Under the pieces are notes generated by a model. It did no database searches. It was given only the letters and a program-made list of their open reading frames with translations, and was not told the DNA's origin. Both the position numbers and the translations under genes were made by a program. 64,000 bases of DNA from Devosia sp. Lineage in GTDB: Bacteria; Pseudomonadota; Alphaproteobacteria; Rhizobiales; Devosiaceae. Below, piece by piece: positions 31,598-43,491 of this stretch (position 1 is the stretch's first letter; each line of letters opens with the position of its first letter). The stretch is taken from positions 4,005-68,004 of the forward strand of contig NZ_DASWVV010000074.1 in NCBI RefSeq assembly GCF_036406155.1, written 5' to 3'.

Positions 31598-32491
31598 ATG
31601 CGCAATCTGGTGATCGTCATGGCGGGCGACGAATCGCTGCACGAACGCTATGCCGCCGGCCGGGATTTCGAGCTGTGGGTCTGCTACTACGGCGAGGACG
31701 CGGCCGTGGCCGAGCGCTACCGGCAGGGTTCTGACCGCTTCTTTGCCGGCAAGGGATACAAGTGGACGCTGGTAGGCGAAGTCGGTCGCCTCGCCCGCGA
31801 GCAGGGCCTCCCCCCGATGTCGGACTACGGCTACGTCTTCCTGCCCGATGACGACATCGATTTTCCCGGGGGCGCCGCCGCCCTCTCCGAGGCTTTCGCG
31901 CTGGCGCGGCAGATCGGGGCGGACAGCTTCCAGCCGTCGATTGCGAACGAGTACGTCTCCTGGCAGGTGACCCGCCAGATCGCGGGAGCCAGCTGCCACG
32001 CCACCAACATCGTCGAGATCATGGCGCCGGCCTATTCGGGCGAAGTGTTCGAGAAGGCGGTGTTGCCGATCCTGCACGTGCACCCCCATCTCGAGGCCGG
32101 CTGGGGGCTGGAGCCGCTGATCGCCCGGCTGGCCGAGGCGCTGCTGCACCGCCCGCCCCGCACCTTCGTGCTCGACGCGACGCCGGCGATCCACACGCGC
32201 CCGGTCTCGACGGGCAGTCGGCTGCACCGGCTCGGACGGGCCGAGAAATTCGCCCTGCCCGTCGCAGTCGCCACCAAGATGGTGGCGCTGGCGCGCTTCG
32301 ACAGCCCCGAGGCGGCTGTGGCCTATCGTTTTCCCGCCCAGGACACCCTGCTCGACAGGCAGGCGATGCGGGACCGCGTGGCCGAGCTTGGCGTGCTGCG
32401 CCGGTTCCTCGACGTGTTGCGTTCGCGGAGCTACAAGGCCGCTCCCGCAAGGCTGCTGCTGCACCTGCTGGCGCGGCTCGTCGCCCCGTGA
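31598..32491 (+). CDS. DUF707-like putative glycosyltransferase
   Basis: YVFLPDDDI (DxD), FQPS, TNIVEIMAP, GWGLE motifs recalled for DUF707 proteins. Confidence 0.65.
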   Translation: MRNLVIVMAGDESLHERYAAGRDFELWVCYYGEDAAVAERYRQGSDRFFAGKGYKWTLVGEVGRLAREQGLPPMSDYGYVFLPDDDIDFPGGAAALSEAFALARQIGADSFQPSIANEYVSWQVTRQIAGASCHATNIVEIMAPAYSGEVFEKAVLPILHVHPHLEAGWGLEPLIARLAEALLHRPPRTFVLDATPAIHTRPVSTGSRLHRLGRAEKFALPVAVATKMVALARFDSPEAAVAYRFPAQDTLLDRQAMRDRVAELGVLRRFLDVLRSRSYKAAPARLLLHLLARLVAP

Positions 32492-32581
32492 CCGATGACA
32501 TCGCCGCGGCTGCCGGGCTTGCCGTTGCCGCCGGGGACCGCCGATGCTAGCGTTCTGCTCTCTCGCAAGGCGAGCGAAGTG

Positions 32582-34670
<2,089 letters not shown>

Positions 34671-34787
34671 AGGAAAGGGGCGCGCGAGGCGCCCAGGCCC
34701 CGGCCCCCGCGTGTAGGGCATGCAATGGACGGCAGAAATTCAAGCTGTTACTTATGATTACTACATTCCGGACGGGGCTCGCTGGTC

Positions 34788-35600
34788 GTGACCGAGAAGT
34801 TCAGGAAGGTATTTGGCGGCGGCAAGCCCGTCATCGCCATGGTGCATCTGGGCGCCCTGCCCGGCGCCCCGCTGCACGACGCCGAGCGCGGCCTCGAGGG
34901 CCTGGTCGATGATGCCCGCCAGGATCTGACGGCGCTGCAGGCGGCGGGGGTCGACGCGGTGATGTTCGGCAACGAGAACGACCGCCCGTACGAGTTCACC
35001 GCCGACACCGCCTCCACCGCCACGATGGCCTATGTCATCGGCCGGCTGCGGGCACTCATCGCGGTGCCCTTCGGCGTCAACGTGCTGTGGGATCCGATGA
35101 GCACCATGGCGCTGGCGGCGGCGACCGGGGCGGCCTTCGTGCGCGAAATCTTCACCGGGCACTACGCTTCCGACATGGGGCCGTGGACCCCCGATGCGGG
35201 GCGCGCCGTGCGCTATCGCAACCGGCTGGGGCGAAGCGACCTCGCCCTGCTCTACAATGTCAGCGCCGAGTTCGCCTGGTCGCTCGATCGTCGCAGCCTG
35301 CCCGACCGGGCCCGCAGCGCCGTGTTTTCCTCCATCCCCGATGCCGTCCTCGTCTCCGGCGCCATCACCGGCGAGCCGGCGGAACTGAGCGACCTGCTGG
35401 CGGTCAAGAACGTGCTGCCGGACACCCCGGTCCTCGCCAATACCGGGGTGCGGCACGAGACGGTGGGCGACGTGCTGCACGTCGCCGACGGCTGCATCGT
35501 CGGGTCCGCCCTCAAGGTCGACGGCCACACCTGGAATCCGGTGGACCCGGCGCGGGCGGCCGAATTCATGCGCCTCGCCCGCGCCGCGCGGGGAGGCTGA
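34788..35600 (+). CDS. BtpA/SgcQ family TIM-barrel protein
   Basis: IAMVHLGALPGAP, MFGNENDRPY, PFGVNVLWD, VSGAITG, ANTGV, GCIVGSALK. Confidence 0.9.
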   Translation: MTEKFRKVFGGGKPVIAMVHLGALPGAPLHDAERGLEGLVDDARQDLTALQAAGVDAVMFGNENDRPYEFTADTASTATMAYVIGRLRALIAVPFGVNVLWDPMSTMALAAATGAAFVREIFTGHYASDMGPWTPDAGRAVRYRNRLGRSDLALLYNVSAEFAWSLDRRSLPDRARSAVFSSIPDAVLVSGAITGEPAELSDLLAVKNVLPDTPVLANTGVRHETVGDVLHVADGCIVGSALKVDGHTWNPVDPARAAEFMRLARAARGG

Positions 35601-35602
35601 CG

Positions 35603-36706
35603 ATGCGGGAGAGGCTGCGCCGGCTGCTCAGCGAGCTCATGCGCGTCCCCGGCCTCTCCGGCCACGAGGGCCGCGTGCGCCGCCATCTGCGGCAGGCGCT
35701 GGACGGCCTCGGCATCGCTTCACGTACCGACCGGCTCGGCAATCTGATCGCCACCCTCGCCGGCGACCCGGCGGCGCCCACGGTCATGCTGTTCACCCAC
35801 ATGGACCAACTGGGCTTCGTCGTGCGCAAGATCGAGGCCGACGGCCGCGTCCGCGTCGAGCGGCTTGGCGGCGTGCCCGAGAAAGCCCTCCCCAGCCAGC
35901 AGGTGCTGTTCTCGATCGGTGACGGCAGGGACGTGCCGGGCATCATCGCCAACAAGAGCCACCATGCCACGACGCCCGAGGAGAAATACCGGGTCGTGCC
36001 CTACTCCGAACTCCATGTCGACGCCGGCTTTGCGAGCGCCGCCGAAGTGCTGGCGGCAGGCATCGACGTGGGCACGCCGGTGGTCTATGCGCCGGCCGTC
36101 GTCGAGCTCGCCAACGGCCGCATCGCCGGCACCGCCATCGATGACCGTGCCGGCTGCGCCGTGCTCGTCGAAGTGGCGCAGGCGTTGCGCGCGGTCGAGC
36201 CGAAGCCGACGGTACATCTCGTGTTCTCGGTGCAGGAGGAGTTCAATCTGCGCGGCGCCGTGACCGCCGCCCGGGCGCTCGCGCCCGACATCGCCATCCA
36301 GCTCGACCTGATCCTCGCCACCGACACGCCGGACATGGCGGCGCGCGGCGACGTCCGGCTGGGGGGTGGGCCGGCGATGAGCCTCTATTCCTTCCACGGC
36401 CGCGGCACCCTCAACGGCACCATTCCGCATCCGGCGCTGGTTCGGTTGTTCGAGCAGGCCGCCGCGGCCGAGGCACTGCCGCTGCAGCGGAGCGCTCATG
36501 TGGGGGCGCTGACCGACTCTGCCTATGTGCAGCTCGTCGGCGCGGGCGTGGCGGCGATCGACGTCGGCTTTCCCATGCGCTACTCGCACTCCTCGCTGGA
36601 GCTGTGCGACCTCGCCGACCTCGAAGGGCTGGCGCGGCTGCTGGTCGCGGCCATCGCCGGCATCGGCCCCGGCTTCAGCCTCGAGCGCGACGATTTCGAG
36701 CAATGA
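35603..36706 (+). CDS. M42 family metallopeptidase (SgcX/FrvX-like)
   Basis: GLSGHE, DRLGN, THMDQLG, AIDDRAG, SVQEEF, RYSHS. Confidence 0.88.
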   Translation: MRERLRRLLSELMRVPGLSGHEGRVRRHLRQALDGLGIASRTDRLGNLIATLAGDPAAPTVMLFTHMDQLGFVVRKIEADGRVRVERLGGVPEKALPSQQVLFSIGDGRDVPGIIANKSHHATTPEEKYRVVPYSELHVDAGFASAAEVLAAGIDVGTPVVYAPAVVELANGRIAGTAIDDRAGCAVLVEVAQALRAVEPKPTVHLVFSVQEEFNLRGAVTAARALAPDIAIQLDLILATDTPDMAARGDVRLGGGPAMSLYSFHGRGTLNGTIPHPALVRLFEQAAAAEALPLQRSAHVGALTDSAYVQLVGAGVAAIDVGFPMRYSHSSLELCDLADLEGLARLLVAAIAGIGPGFSLERDDFEQ

Positions 36707-38202
36707 GCGCCTATCTCGGCATCGATATCGGTACCTTCGAATCCAAGGGCGTGCTCGTCGATGGCAGCGGCCGTATCCTCGCTAGCGCCGCGCGGCCGCA
36801 CAAGCTGATCGTGCCGCAGTCCGGCTGGGCGGAGCACCGCCCGCGCGAGGACTGGTGGGGAGATTTCTGCTTCCTCGCCAACAGGCTGATCGCCGATAGC
36901 GGCCTCGCGCCGGCCGAGATAGAGGCTGTGGCGCCCAGCGCCATCGGCCCCTGCATGCTGCCGGTCGATGCCGACGGCGCGCCGCTGATGAACGGCATCC
37001 TCTACGGCGTCGACACGCGGGCGCATCGGGAGATCGCGGAACTGACGGCACGGATCGGCGCCGACGTGCTGCTCGCGCGCTGCGGCAATGCGCTCACCAG
37101 CCAGTCGGTCGGCCCCAAGATCCTGTGGCTCAAGCGCAACCGTCCGGACCTGTACGCGCGCACGGCGATGATCCACACCGCCACGTCGTATCTCGTGGAC
37201 CAACTCACCGGCGCCCGCGTCATCGACCACTATACGGCAGCCAATACCAGCCCGCTTTACCTCGCCGAGCGGCAGGAGTGGAGTACGGAACTCGCCGACG
37301 ACATCATCGCCGTCGAGCGGCTGCCCCGCCTCGCCTGGAGCGGCGAGATCGCCGGCCACGTCACCCGGGAGGCGGCGGCGGCGACGGGGCTCGCCGAAGG
37401 CACGCCGGTCACCACCGGCACCATAGACGCGGCCGCCGAGGCGCTCAGCGTCGGCGTGCTCGCGGCTGGCGACATGCTGCTGATGTACGGCTCGACCATC
37501 TTCATCATCGAGATCACCGACGAGCGCGTGCGTGACGGCCGGCTGTGGTACGCGCCCTGGCTGTTTGCCGGCCAGCACGCGGCCATGGCGGGGCTCGCCA
37601 CCAGCGGCACCCTCACCCATTGGTTCCGCGAGCAGTTCGCGCGCGACCTCGATCCCCAAACGGCGGTGGCGCGTCTGGCAGACGAGGCGGCGGCCTCCCC
37701 GCCCGGGGCGAAAGGGCTGGTTGTGCTGCCCTATTTCTCAGGCGAACGCACCCCGATCCACGACCCGCACGCCCGCGGCATGATCTTCGGGCTCGACCTC
37801 ACGCACACGCGCGCCGACGCCTACCGGGCGCTGCTCGAGGGCATCGCCTGCGGCACCCGGCACGTGCTCGAGACATGCGGCGAGGTTGGCGCCGGGCCGC
37901 GTGCCATTTTCGCAGCCGGCGGCGGGACCAGGAACCGGGTGTGGACCCAGGCCACCTCGGACGTATCGGGGCACGTCCAGATCGTGCGCCAGACGACCGT
38001 CGGCGCCGCCTACGGCGACGCCTTCCTCGCCGCGCTCGCGGTGGGCGACGTGCGCCGCGTCGACATAAGGGCATGGAACCCGGTGGCGCGAGAGATCAGG
38101 CCCGACCCCGCCCTGCGGCCGCTGTACGATGAGCGCTACTTCACCTTCCGCCAGCTCTACGAGCGCAACCGCGACCTGATGCGGCTGGGCCGCAAGGCAT
38201 GA
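36703..38202 (+). CDS. FGGY-family carbohydrate kinase
   Basis: LGIDIGTFESKG, ILYGVDTRA, MYGST, LPYFSGERTP, LLEGIA, GGGTRN. Confidence 0.9.
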   Translation: MSAYLGIDIGTFESKGVLVDGSGRILASAARPHKLIVPQSGWAEHRPREDWWGDFCFLANRLIADSGLAPAEIEAVAPSAIGPCMLPVDADGAPLMNGILYGVDTRAHREIAELTARIGADVLLARCGNALTSQSVGPKILWLKRNRPDLYARTAMIHTATSYLVDQLTGARVIDHYTAANTSPLYLAERQEWSTELADDIIAVERLPRLAWSGEIAGHVTREAAAATGLAEGTPVTTGTIDAAAEALSVGVLAAGDMLLMYGSTIFIIEITDERVRDGRLWYAPWLFAGQHAAMAGLATSGTLTHWFREQFARDLDPQTAVARLADEAAASPPGAKGLVVLPYFSGERTPIHDPHARGMIFGLDLTHTRADAYRALLEGIACGTRHVLETCGEVGAGPRAIFAAGGGTRNRVWTQATSDVSGHVQIVRQTTVGAAYGDAFLAALAVGDVRRVDIRAWNPVAREIRPDPALRPLYDERYFTFRQLYERNRDLMRLGRKA

Positions 38203-38214
38203 AAGCACGAACAC

Positions 38215-38241
38215 TTGAAATGTGTACCATTGAGTGGTACA
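38215..38241 (+). promoter_or_regulatory. higBA promoter/operator
   Basis: TTGAAA (-35-like) followed by the inverted repeat TGTACCA-ttgag-TGGTACA (38223-38241), typical of antitoxin autorepression. Confidence 0.7.
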
Positions 38242-38260
38242 GAGGGGCGTTATCGGCGCA

Positions 38261-38557
38261 ATGATCGTTGGTTTTCGCGACGAGTGGCTTCGCAGATTCT
38301 TCCAGCTTGATGTCAGCTCACGCAACGTTCCCGCGGACATCGAGGCTCGCCTGTTCCGCAAGCTGCAGATGATAGATGACGCGACAACCGACAGTGACTT
38401 GCGCGCCCCTCCGAGCAATCACTTCGAGAAGCTCAAGGGAGATCTCGATGGGCTGCACAGCATCCGGGTGAACCGGCAATGGCGGCTGGTATTTCGGTGG
38501 AACGGCGGCCGCGGCGAAGCCGAGAATGTCTACCTCGACAACCACAGCTACAGGTGA
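38261..38557 (+). CDS. higB: HigB-family (RelE/ParE superfamily) toxin
   Basis: RLFRKLQMID, LRAPPSNHFEKLKG, HSIRVNRQWRLVFRW, YLDNHSY. Confidence 0.9.
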   Translation: MIVGFRDEWLRRFFQLDVSSRNVPADIEARLFRKLQMIDDATTDSDLRAPPSNHFEKLKGDLDGLHSIRVNRQWRLVFRWNGGRGEAENVYLDNHSYR

Positions 38558-38562
38558 ACGCC

Positions 38563-38871
38563 ATGCACATGACGCAGCGTCGGCCGGTGACAGTCGGCGA
38601 AATGCTGGTCGAAGAGTTCATGCGGCCCATGGGGTTGACGCAGGCTGCGCTGGCCGAAGCCATGGGCGTGCCGCGCAAGCACGTCAATGAGTTGTGCAAC
38701 AACCGCCGGACGGTGACCGCGCCGACCGCGCTCATCCTTGCACGCGTCTTCGGCAACAGCGCCGATTTCTGGCTCGACACGCAGCGCCGCAACGACCTGT
38801 GGGAGGCCATGAACGATCCGCGAGAGCGGCAGCGGATCGAGCGGGCACGACCCCTGGCGACGGCGGCCTGA
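38563..38871 (+). CDS. higA: HigA-family antitoxin (XRE HTH)
   Basis: GEMLVEEFMRPMGLTQAALAEAMGV, VTAPTALILARVFGNSADFWL. Confidence 0.92.
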   Translation: MHMTQRRPVTVGEMLVEEFMRPMGLTQAALAEAMGVPRKHVNELCNNRRTVTAPTALILARVFGNSADFWLDTQRRNDLWEAMNDPRERQRIERARPLATAA

Positions 38872-38874
38872 GGC

Positions 38875-39804
38875 CTATTTCACCGCGCCGGCCGTCAGCC
38901 CCTTGATGATGTAGCGCTCGAGCATGATGCCGACGAGCACCAGCGGCATGATGGCGGCCGTGGAGAGCGCTGCCATCGACCACCAGTTGATGCCTTGCGA
39001 ACCGGTCTGGCTCGCGACCATCACCGGCAGCGTCTTGGCGTTCGAACTGGTGAGCAGCGCCGCGAAGAAATACTCGTTCCAGCACAGGATCAGGCTGAGG
39101 ATGAAGGCCGCCACCATGCCGGGCAGCGCCATCGGCAGGATGATGCGGAAGAACGTGCCCCACGAGGACAGGCCGTCGACCTGCGCCGCCTCGTCGAGCT
39201 CGGTGGGAATGGTGTCGAACTGGTCCTTCATGATCCAGATGACGATGGGCAGGACGCTGAGCGTATAGAGCAGGATGAGCCCGATGGTGCTGTCGAGCAG
39301 CGCCAGCTCGCGATAGAGCACGAGGAAGGGCAGCGCTAGCACCACCGGCGGCAGGATGAGCTGGCTGAGGAAGAAGAAGGCGATGTCGTTGTTGCGCAGC
39401 CACAGGAACTTGTAGCGAAAACGGCTGAGGCCATAGGCCGCGAGCGCCCCGATCAGCACGGCGAGGACGGAGGCGCCGACGGCGGTCACTACCGAGTTCA
39501 TGAACCGCTGCACGAACTCGTCGCGCACCGTCGAAACGTTGCCGATCGTATCGGGCGAGAGCCCGAGCGAGCGCCAGCCCAGCCAGTTGGGCTGGAAATC
39601 GACCCACGGGATGAGGTGGCCGAGCTGCACGTCCTTGGCGACCTTCATGGAGGTGGTGATGGTCCAGTACACGGGGAACAGCGACACGAAGGCCCAGAAC
39701 ACCAGCGCCGCATAGATCAGCACCTGCTTGACCAGATGCCGGCTCCAGCGCGCGGCAACGCCCGCCTCCTCCGTCATCTCGAGCGGCTGCGTGGCGGTGG
39801 ACAT
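38875..39804 (-). CDS. Carbohydrate ABC permease
   Basis: ELDEAAQVDG, WNEYFFA. Confidence 0.9.
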   Translation of the reverse strand: MSTATQPLEMTEEAGVAARWSRHLVKQVLIYAALVFWAFVSLFPVYWTITTSMKVAKDVQLGHLIPWVDFQPNWLGWRSLGLSPDTIGNVSTVRDEFVQRFMNSVVTAVGASVLAVLIGALAAYGLSRFRYKFLWLRNNDIAFFFLSQLILPPVVLALPFLVLYRELALLDSTIGLILLYTLSVLPIVIWIMKDQFDTIPTELDEAAQVDGLSSWGTFFRIILPMALPGMVAAFILSLILCWNEYFFAALLTSSNAKTLPVMVASQTGSQGINWWSMAALSTAAIMPLVLVGIMLERYIIKGLTAGAVK

Positions 39805-40922
39805 CAGGTCATCCTCTGCATGCGGCGCGAGACGAAGCCAAGCAGCAGCGTGATGAAGACCACGATCAACACCAGGTAGAACATGGCCAGCATGGTCCCG
39901 TAGCCGACATTGGAGCGGTCGCGGTACTCGCGGTAGATGAAACTCGACACCGTGTCGGTGGCCCCGCCCGGCCCGCCGGACGTGACGTTGATGACGATGT
40001 CGGCGAGCTTCAGCTTGAAGATGATCCTGAGCACGATCGCGGTGATCGACACCGGCAGCATCAGCGGAAAAGTGATCTTCCAGAACGATTGCCACGCGGT
40101 GGCGCCGTCGACCCGTGCCGCCTCCTGCACCTCCCGGGGCAGCGCCTGCAGCCCGGCCAGCAGCAGGATCATGACGAAGGGGATGGAGACCCACGCGTCC
40201 ATCGCTTCGATCGACAGCTTGGCGATGAGCGGGTCGGTGAAGAAGGCCGGGCTGTCCCAGCCGAGCCAGCGGGCCAGCCGCGCCGCCGGGCCGAAGCGGT
40301 ACTCCATCATCGACTTGCCGATCATCCAGCTCACCGCGACCGGCGACAGCATGAACGGGATGAGGAAGACCACGCGCCAGAACTTGCGCGCCCTGATCTC
40401 GGCGTTGAGCAGGAGAGCGAGGCCGAAGGCAATGGCGTACTCCACCAGCACCAGGGCGACGTAGAACACCATGTTGCCCAGCGCATTCCAGTAGAACGGG
40501 TCGCGGAACAGCTGCACCAGATTGTCGAAGCCGTTGAACTTCTGGCCGGCGAAGGAGGACAGGTTCCAGTCGGTGAAGGCGATGGAGAAGCCGAACAGGG
40601 TCGGAAAGATCGCCATGGCGACGGTGAACAGCACGGCCGGGAGGATGAACAGCGCCCGCCGGCCCGCCTCGCCCCGGATGAGCACGAGGCCGTAGCCGAG
40701 CGCGACCGCCCACAGCAGGTAGGCGAACAGCGTCGGGCGCCAGTTGTCCAAGCCGAGGTGGAGTATTCCGGCAGCGTCGAGGGCCTGCAGCGCGATGACG
40801 GCGCCGAGCCCGATGGTGGCCAGCCAGATCAGCGCCGTGCCGGCCCGGCGGCGGGCAGCATCCTTGGGGTCGTCCCCCGGTTCGATGAAGTCGTGCCCGG
40901 GCAGCGGTCCTGCCTCCGCCAT
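39804..40922 (-). CDS. Carbohydrate ABC permease
   Basis: LLAGLQALP, EAARVDGA, TSGGPG. Confidence 0.9.
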   Translation of the reverse strand: MAEAGPLPGHDFIEPGDDPKDAARRRAGTALIWLATIGLGAVIALQALDAAGILHLGLDNWRPTLFAYLLWAVALGYGLVLIRGEAGRRALFILPAVLFTVAMAIFPTLFGFSIAFTDWNLSSFAGQKFNGFDNLVQLFRDPFYWNALGNMVFYVALVLVEYAIAFGLALLLNAEIRARKFWRVVFLIPFMLSPVAVSWMIGKSMMEYRFGPAARLARWLGWDSPAFFTDPLIAKLSIEAMDAWVSIPFVMILLLAGLQALPREVQEAARVDGATAWQSFWKITFPLMLPVSITAIVLRIIFKLKLADIVINVTSGGPGGATDTVSSFIYREYRDRSNVGYGTMLAMFYLVLIVVFITLLLGFVSRRMQRMT

Positions 40923-40948
40923 CGGTATCTCCCTGCCCCCAGACGGGT

Positions 40949-40978
40949 CCGGCTGGCAACTGTCGGGCTGCCAGCCGG
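40949..40978. terminator. Intercistronic stem-loop downstream of the SBP gene
   Basis: CCGGCTGGCA...TGCCAGCCGG perfect 10-bp inverted repeat between SBP and permease. Confidence 0.55.
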
Positions 40979-41009
40979 CCTTTGTCAACGTTGCGCAGCG
41001 CCGGGGCGC

Positions 41010-42656
41010 CTACAGCCCGAGCGACGCCTTGTAGAGGGCGACCTGGCCGTCGCGGCCGATCTGGTCGGTGATCTTCTCCCAGGCGGCGGCAATGGCATCC
41101 GCTGTCTCCTGCGCCGACGCGTATTGCCCGGCAAAGCCCTTGGCCAGTTCGTCCTCGGCCACCGAATAGTACTGGAAGATGCCGGGGATGCGCGGCTCGA
41201 TCGCCGCGTTCGGGTGGTTGTAGCTGTCGGCGTTGGAGCCCAGATAGTCCTCGATGAAGGCCCGGTCGTAACCGGCAGCTTCCCACTCGTCATAGTTGAA
41301 GTGCGAGTTGCGGTAGGGCTGGAATCCCGACGGATAGGCCGCCATCCACAGCGAGATATCGCGGCCGCCCAGATGCGCCGCCGCGCTCCACGCCGCCTTG
41401 CGCTTCTTCTCGTCGCCCGAGACCCGGTTGGTCACGTACACGCCCCAGCCGAGATAGGCCATGTTGGGCGCGAAGTTGGGGCTCGCCGGCGTCTCCCATT
41501 CACCCTTCGCGGCGTTGTACACCCGGTCGGAACCGGGGTTGATGGAGAAGCCGACCACATCGCCGACCACCGACGTGTCGGAGGTGCGGGCGTTGGAGCC
41601 GACATCCCCCCACCAGGTGAGGGCCGCCCCGGTGCCGCCCAGGAATTGCGAGAAGGCCGTGGCGTTGGGGTCGGCATTCAGCTGGTCCGGCGGATAGGCG
41701 CCGGCCGCCTGGAGATCCATGATGTCCTGGATAGCCTGCACCCAGGCCGGGTTGTTGACGCGCGGCTTCATGGTGTCGGGATCGAACAGCCATGCCTTGT
41801 CGTCGGGGTGCTTGGCATAGGCGGCGGCGCGGTCCTCGAGGAAATAGAAGCCGAAGCCGCCCCACTGCATCTTCAGCGGGTCGAGGAAGCCGTAGGCGTC
41901 GGCGCCGGTGAGCGGGTCCTTCTGGCCCTTCAGCTTCTTGCTGAACTCGTTCACCTGCTGCCAGGTCGTGGGCGGCTCGCTCATGCCGGTCGCCGCCGAA
42001 ATCGCCGCGTCGGTGAAATAATCCTTGCGGTAGGCGAAGGTGTGGCAGTCGCCATCGATAGTGATGCGGTAGGTCTTGCCGTCCCAGGTGCCGACCGGCG
42101 CCTTCAGGTAGTTGACGTAGTCATCCATGTCGATCTGGGTCTTGACCCAGTCCGGCATCTCGTCGAGCAGGCCCTTGCCGGCGGTATCGCCCTCGAAGGG
42201 CGCGCCCATCTCGATGATGTCGAAGTCCACCGTGCCGGTGGCGATCGCCTGCTGCAGGCGCGGGTTGTAGTCGGCCTGGGCGAGGTCGATCCAGTTGATC
42301 TTGGCGCCGGTATAGGCCTCCCACGGCTTGAGGAAGCCGCGGAACAGGAAGTTGTGCAGGTTCTGGTTGTTGAGCCCCATGAAGGTGAGCTCGACCCCGG
42401 CAAACTCGCCCTGGGCCACGGAAGCCTTGGTCGCCTCGAGGCACATCTCGCCGACCTTCTGCCAGTCGGCATCGGTGGGCGAGCCCGCTCCGACCCCCGG
42501 GATCTTGAGGATCTCGGCGCGCAGATCGCCCTGCGCGAAGGCGCGTCCGGCCAGCGAGCCGCCAAGGGCCGTGCCCGCGGCCAGCGCCGCGGCGCCCCTC
42601 AGGAAGCTGCGGCGCCGGGTCATCAACACCAGCCGGTTGTAATGTTCGACTTTCAT
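41010..42656 (-). CDS. Tat-exported sugar ABC substrate-binding protein
   Basis: RRRSFLRG twin-arginine signal; SBP family 1-like; SD GGAGG. Confidence 0.88.
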   Translation of the reverse strand: MKVEHYNRLVLMTRRRSFLRGAAALAAGTALGGSLAGRAFAQGDLRAEILKIPGVGAGSPTDADWQKVGEMCLEATKASVAQGEFAGVELTFMGLNNQNLHNFLFRGFLKPWEAYTGAKINWIDLAQADYNPRLQQAIATGTVDFDIIEMGAPFEGDTAGKGLLDEMPDWVKTQIDMDDYVNYLKAPVGTWDGKTYRITIDGDCHTFAYRKDYFTDAAISAATGMSEPPTTWQQVNEFSKKLKGQKDPLTGADAYGFLDPLKMQWGGFGFYFLEDRAAAYAKHPDDKAWLFDPDTMKPRVNNPAWVQAIQDIMDLQAAGAYPPDQLNADPNATAFSQFLGGTGAALTWWGDVGSNARTSDTSVVGDVVGFSINPGSDRVYNAAKGEWETPASPNFAPNMAYLGWGVYVTNRVSGDEKKRKAAWSAAAHLGGRDISLWMAAYPSGFQPYRNSHFNYDEWEAAGYDRAFIEDYLGSNADSYNHPNAAIEPRIPGIFQYYSVAEDELAKGFAGQYASAQETADAIAAAWEKITDQIGRDGQVALYKASLGL

Positions 42657-42811
42657 TGCATGTCCTCCTTCCAACGTGCGGCCGTGCGCGTAGTTGAATG
42701 AGGACGAAGACCCATGGACATGCGCCACAGAACTCAAGACGCGCTTCCCGATCGGGTCTACACCCTCCCACCTCCCTCCAGGTGGTCGTTCGCCACGTGC
42801 CTAAGACCGGG

Positions 42812-42841
42812 ATGGTAGGAAGCAAGGCTCCGTCAAGTCAA
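42812..42841 (-). promoter_or_regulatory. Sigma70-like promoter for the SBP operon
   Basis: Minus strand TTGACT-N18-TACCAT, giving a leader of about 150 nt. Confidence 0.5.
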
Positions 42842-42939
42842 CAAAATCCGTTGCAACCAAGTAAGTTAGCCGGAGTTCATGTGCATTCCGCGACGCGAGT
42901 CGAGATTTTTACCCACAGGTGAATGAACCCACGCCGGTT

Positions 42940-43389
42940 TTACTCGGGCGCAATCACGCCCTTCTTGAAAACGAAGCAACCATAGAAGCGGCGCTCCCCG
43001 GTCTGGATCACGCAGTAGGCGCGCTTGGCCCGTTCATAGAAGGCGAAGCGCTCGATGGAGCCCATCGGCCAGGAACGACCCTCGGCCCGGTCGACTTCAG
43101 CCTGCACCTCGGCTTGCACCGGCGGCACCTCGTCCGGCTTGCCCACGATCTCCATCCGCAGGGCCGGCGTGTCGACGAAGCTGTCGAGCGGCATGACCGA
43201 CAGGACCGCCCTGGCGACGCGCGCGGCGCTCACCCCGTCCATGCGCAGCAGCTTGCCGGTGACGGTCTGCCGAGCCACCGAGTCGGCCGGGAAATTGGCA
43301 TCGCAGACGACCACGTCGTCCCCGTGCCCCATCGCCCTCAACGCCCGCAGCACGTCGGCGCTGAGCAGCGGGTCGATCCCCTTGAGCAT
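42940..43389 (-). CDS. RbsD/FucU family sugar mutarotase
   Basis: MLKGIDPLL, MGHGDDVVVCDANFP, ERFAFYERAK, TGERRFYG. Confidence 0.92.
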   Translation of the reverse strand: MLKGIDPLLSADVLRALRAMGHGDDVVVCDANFPADSVARQTVTGKLLRMDGVSAARVARAVLSVMPLDSFVDTPALRMEIVGKPDEVPPVQAEVQAEVDRAEGRSWPMGSIERFAFYERAKRAYCVIQTGERRFYGCFVFKKGVIAPE

Positions 43390-43491
43390 GTCTTCCTCCT
43401 CTTGATGCGCATTGCCATGGCGCCCGGGGAAGTTGTTCATAGAGCCGCAGGCGGCGCAAGTTGCCGGGGCCGCGACGGAGGGAAACGCCAG

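Noticed and set aside
40089-42701. 870-aa plus-strand ORF, and similar long ORFs at 19590-21764, 31427-33547, 48531-50855 and 54199-56268
   Set aside because: All lie antisense to well-supported genes, lack motifs and reflect stop-codon scarcity at high GC.
42763-42790. Cuckoo/alpha-r14 family sRNA
   Set aside because: Only one short hairpin with a CCUCCCUCC-like loop, no repeated modules and no U-tract terminator; kept only as a possible leader element.
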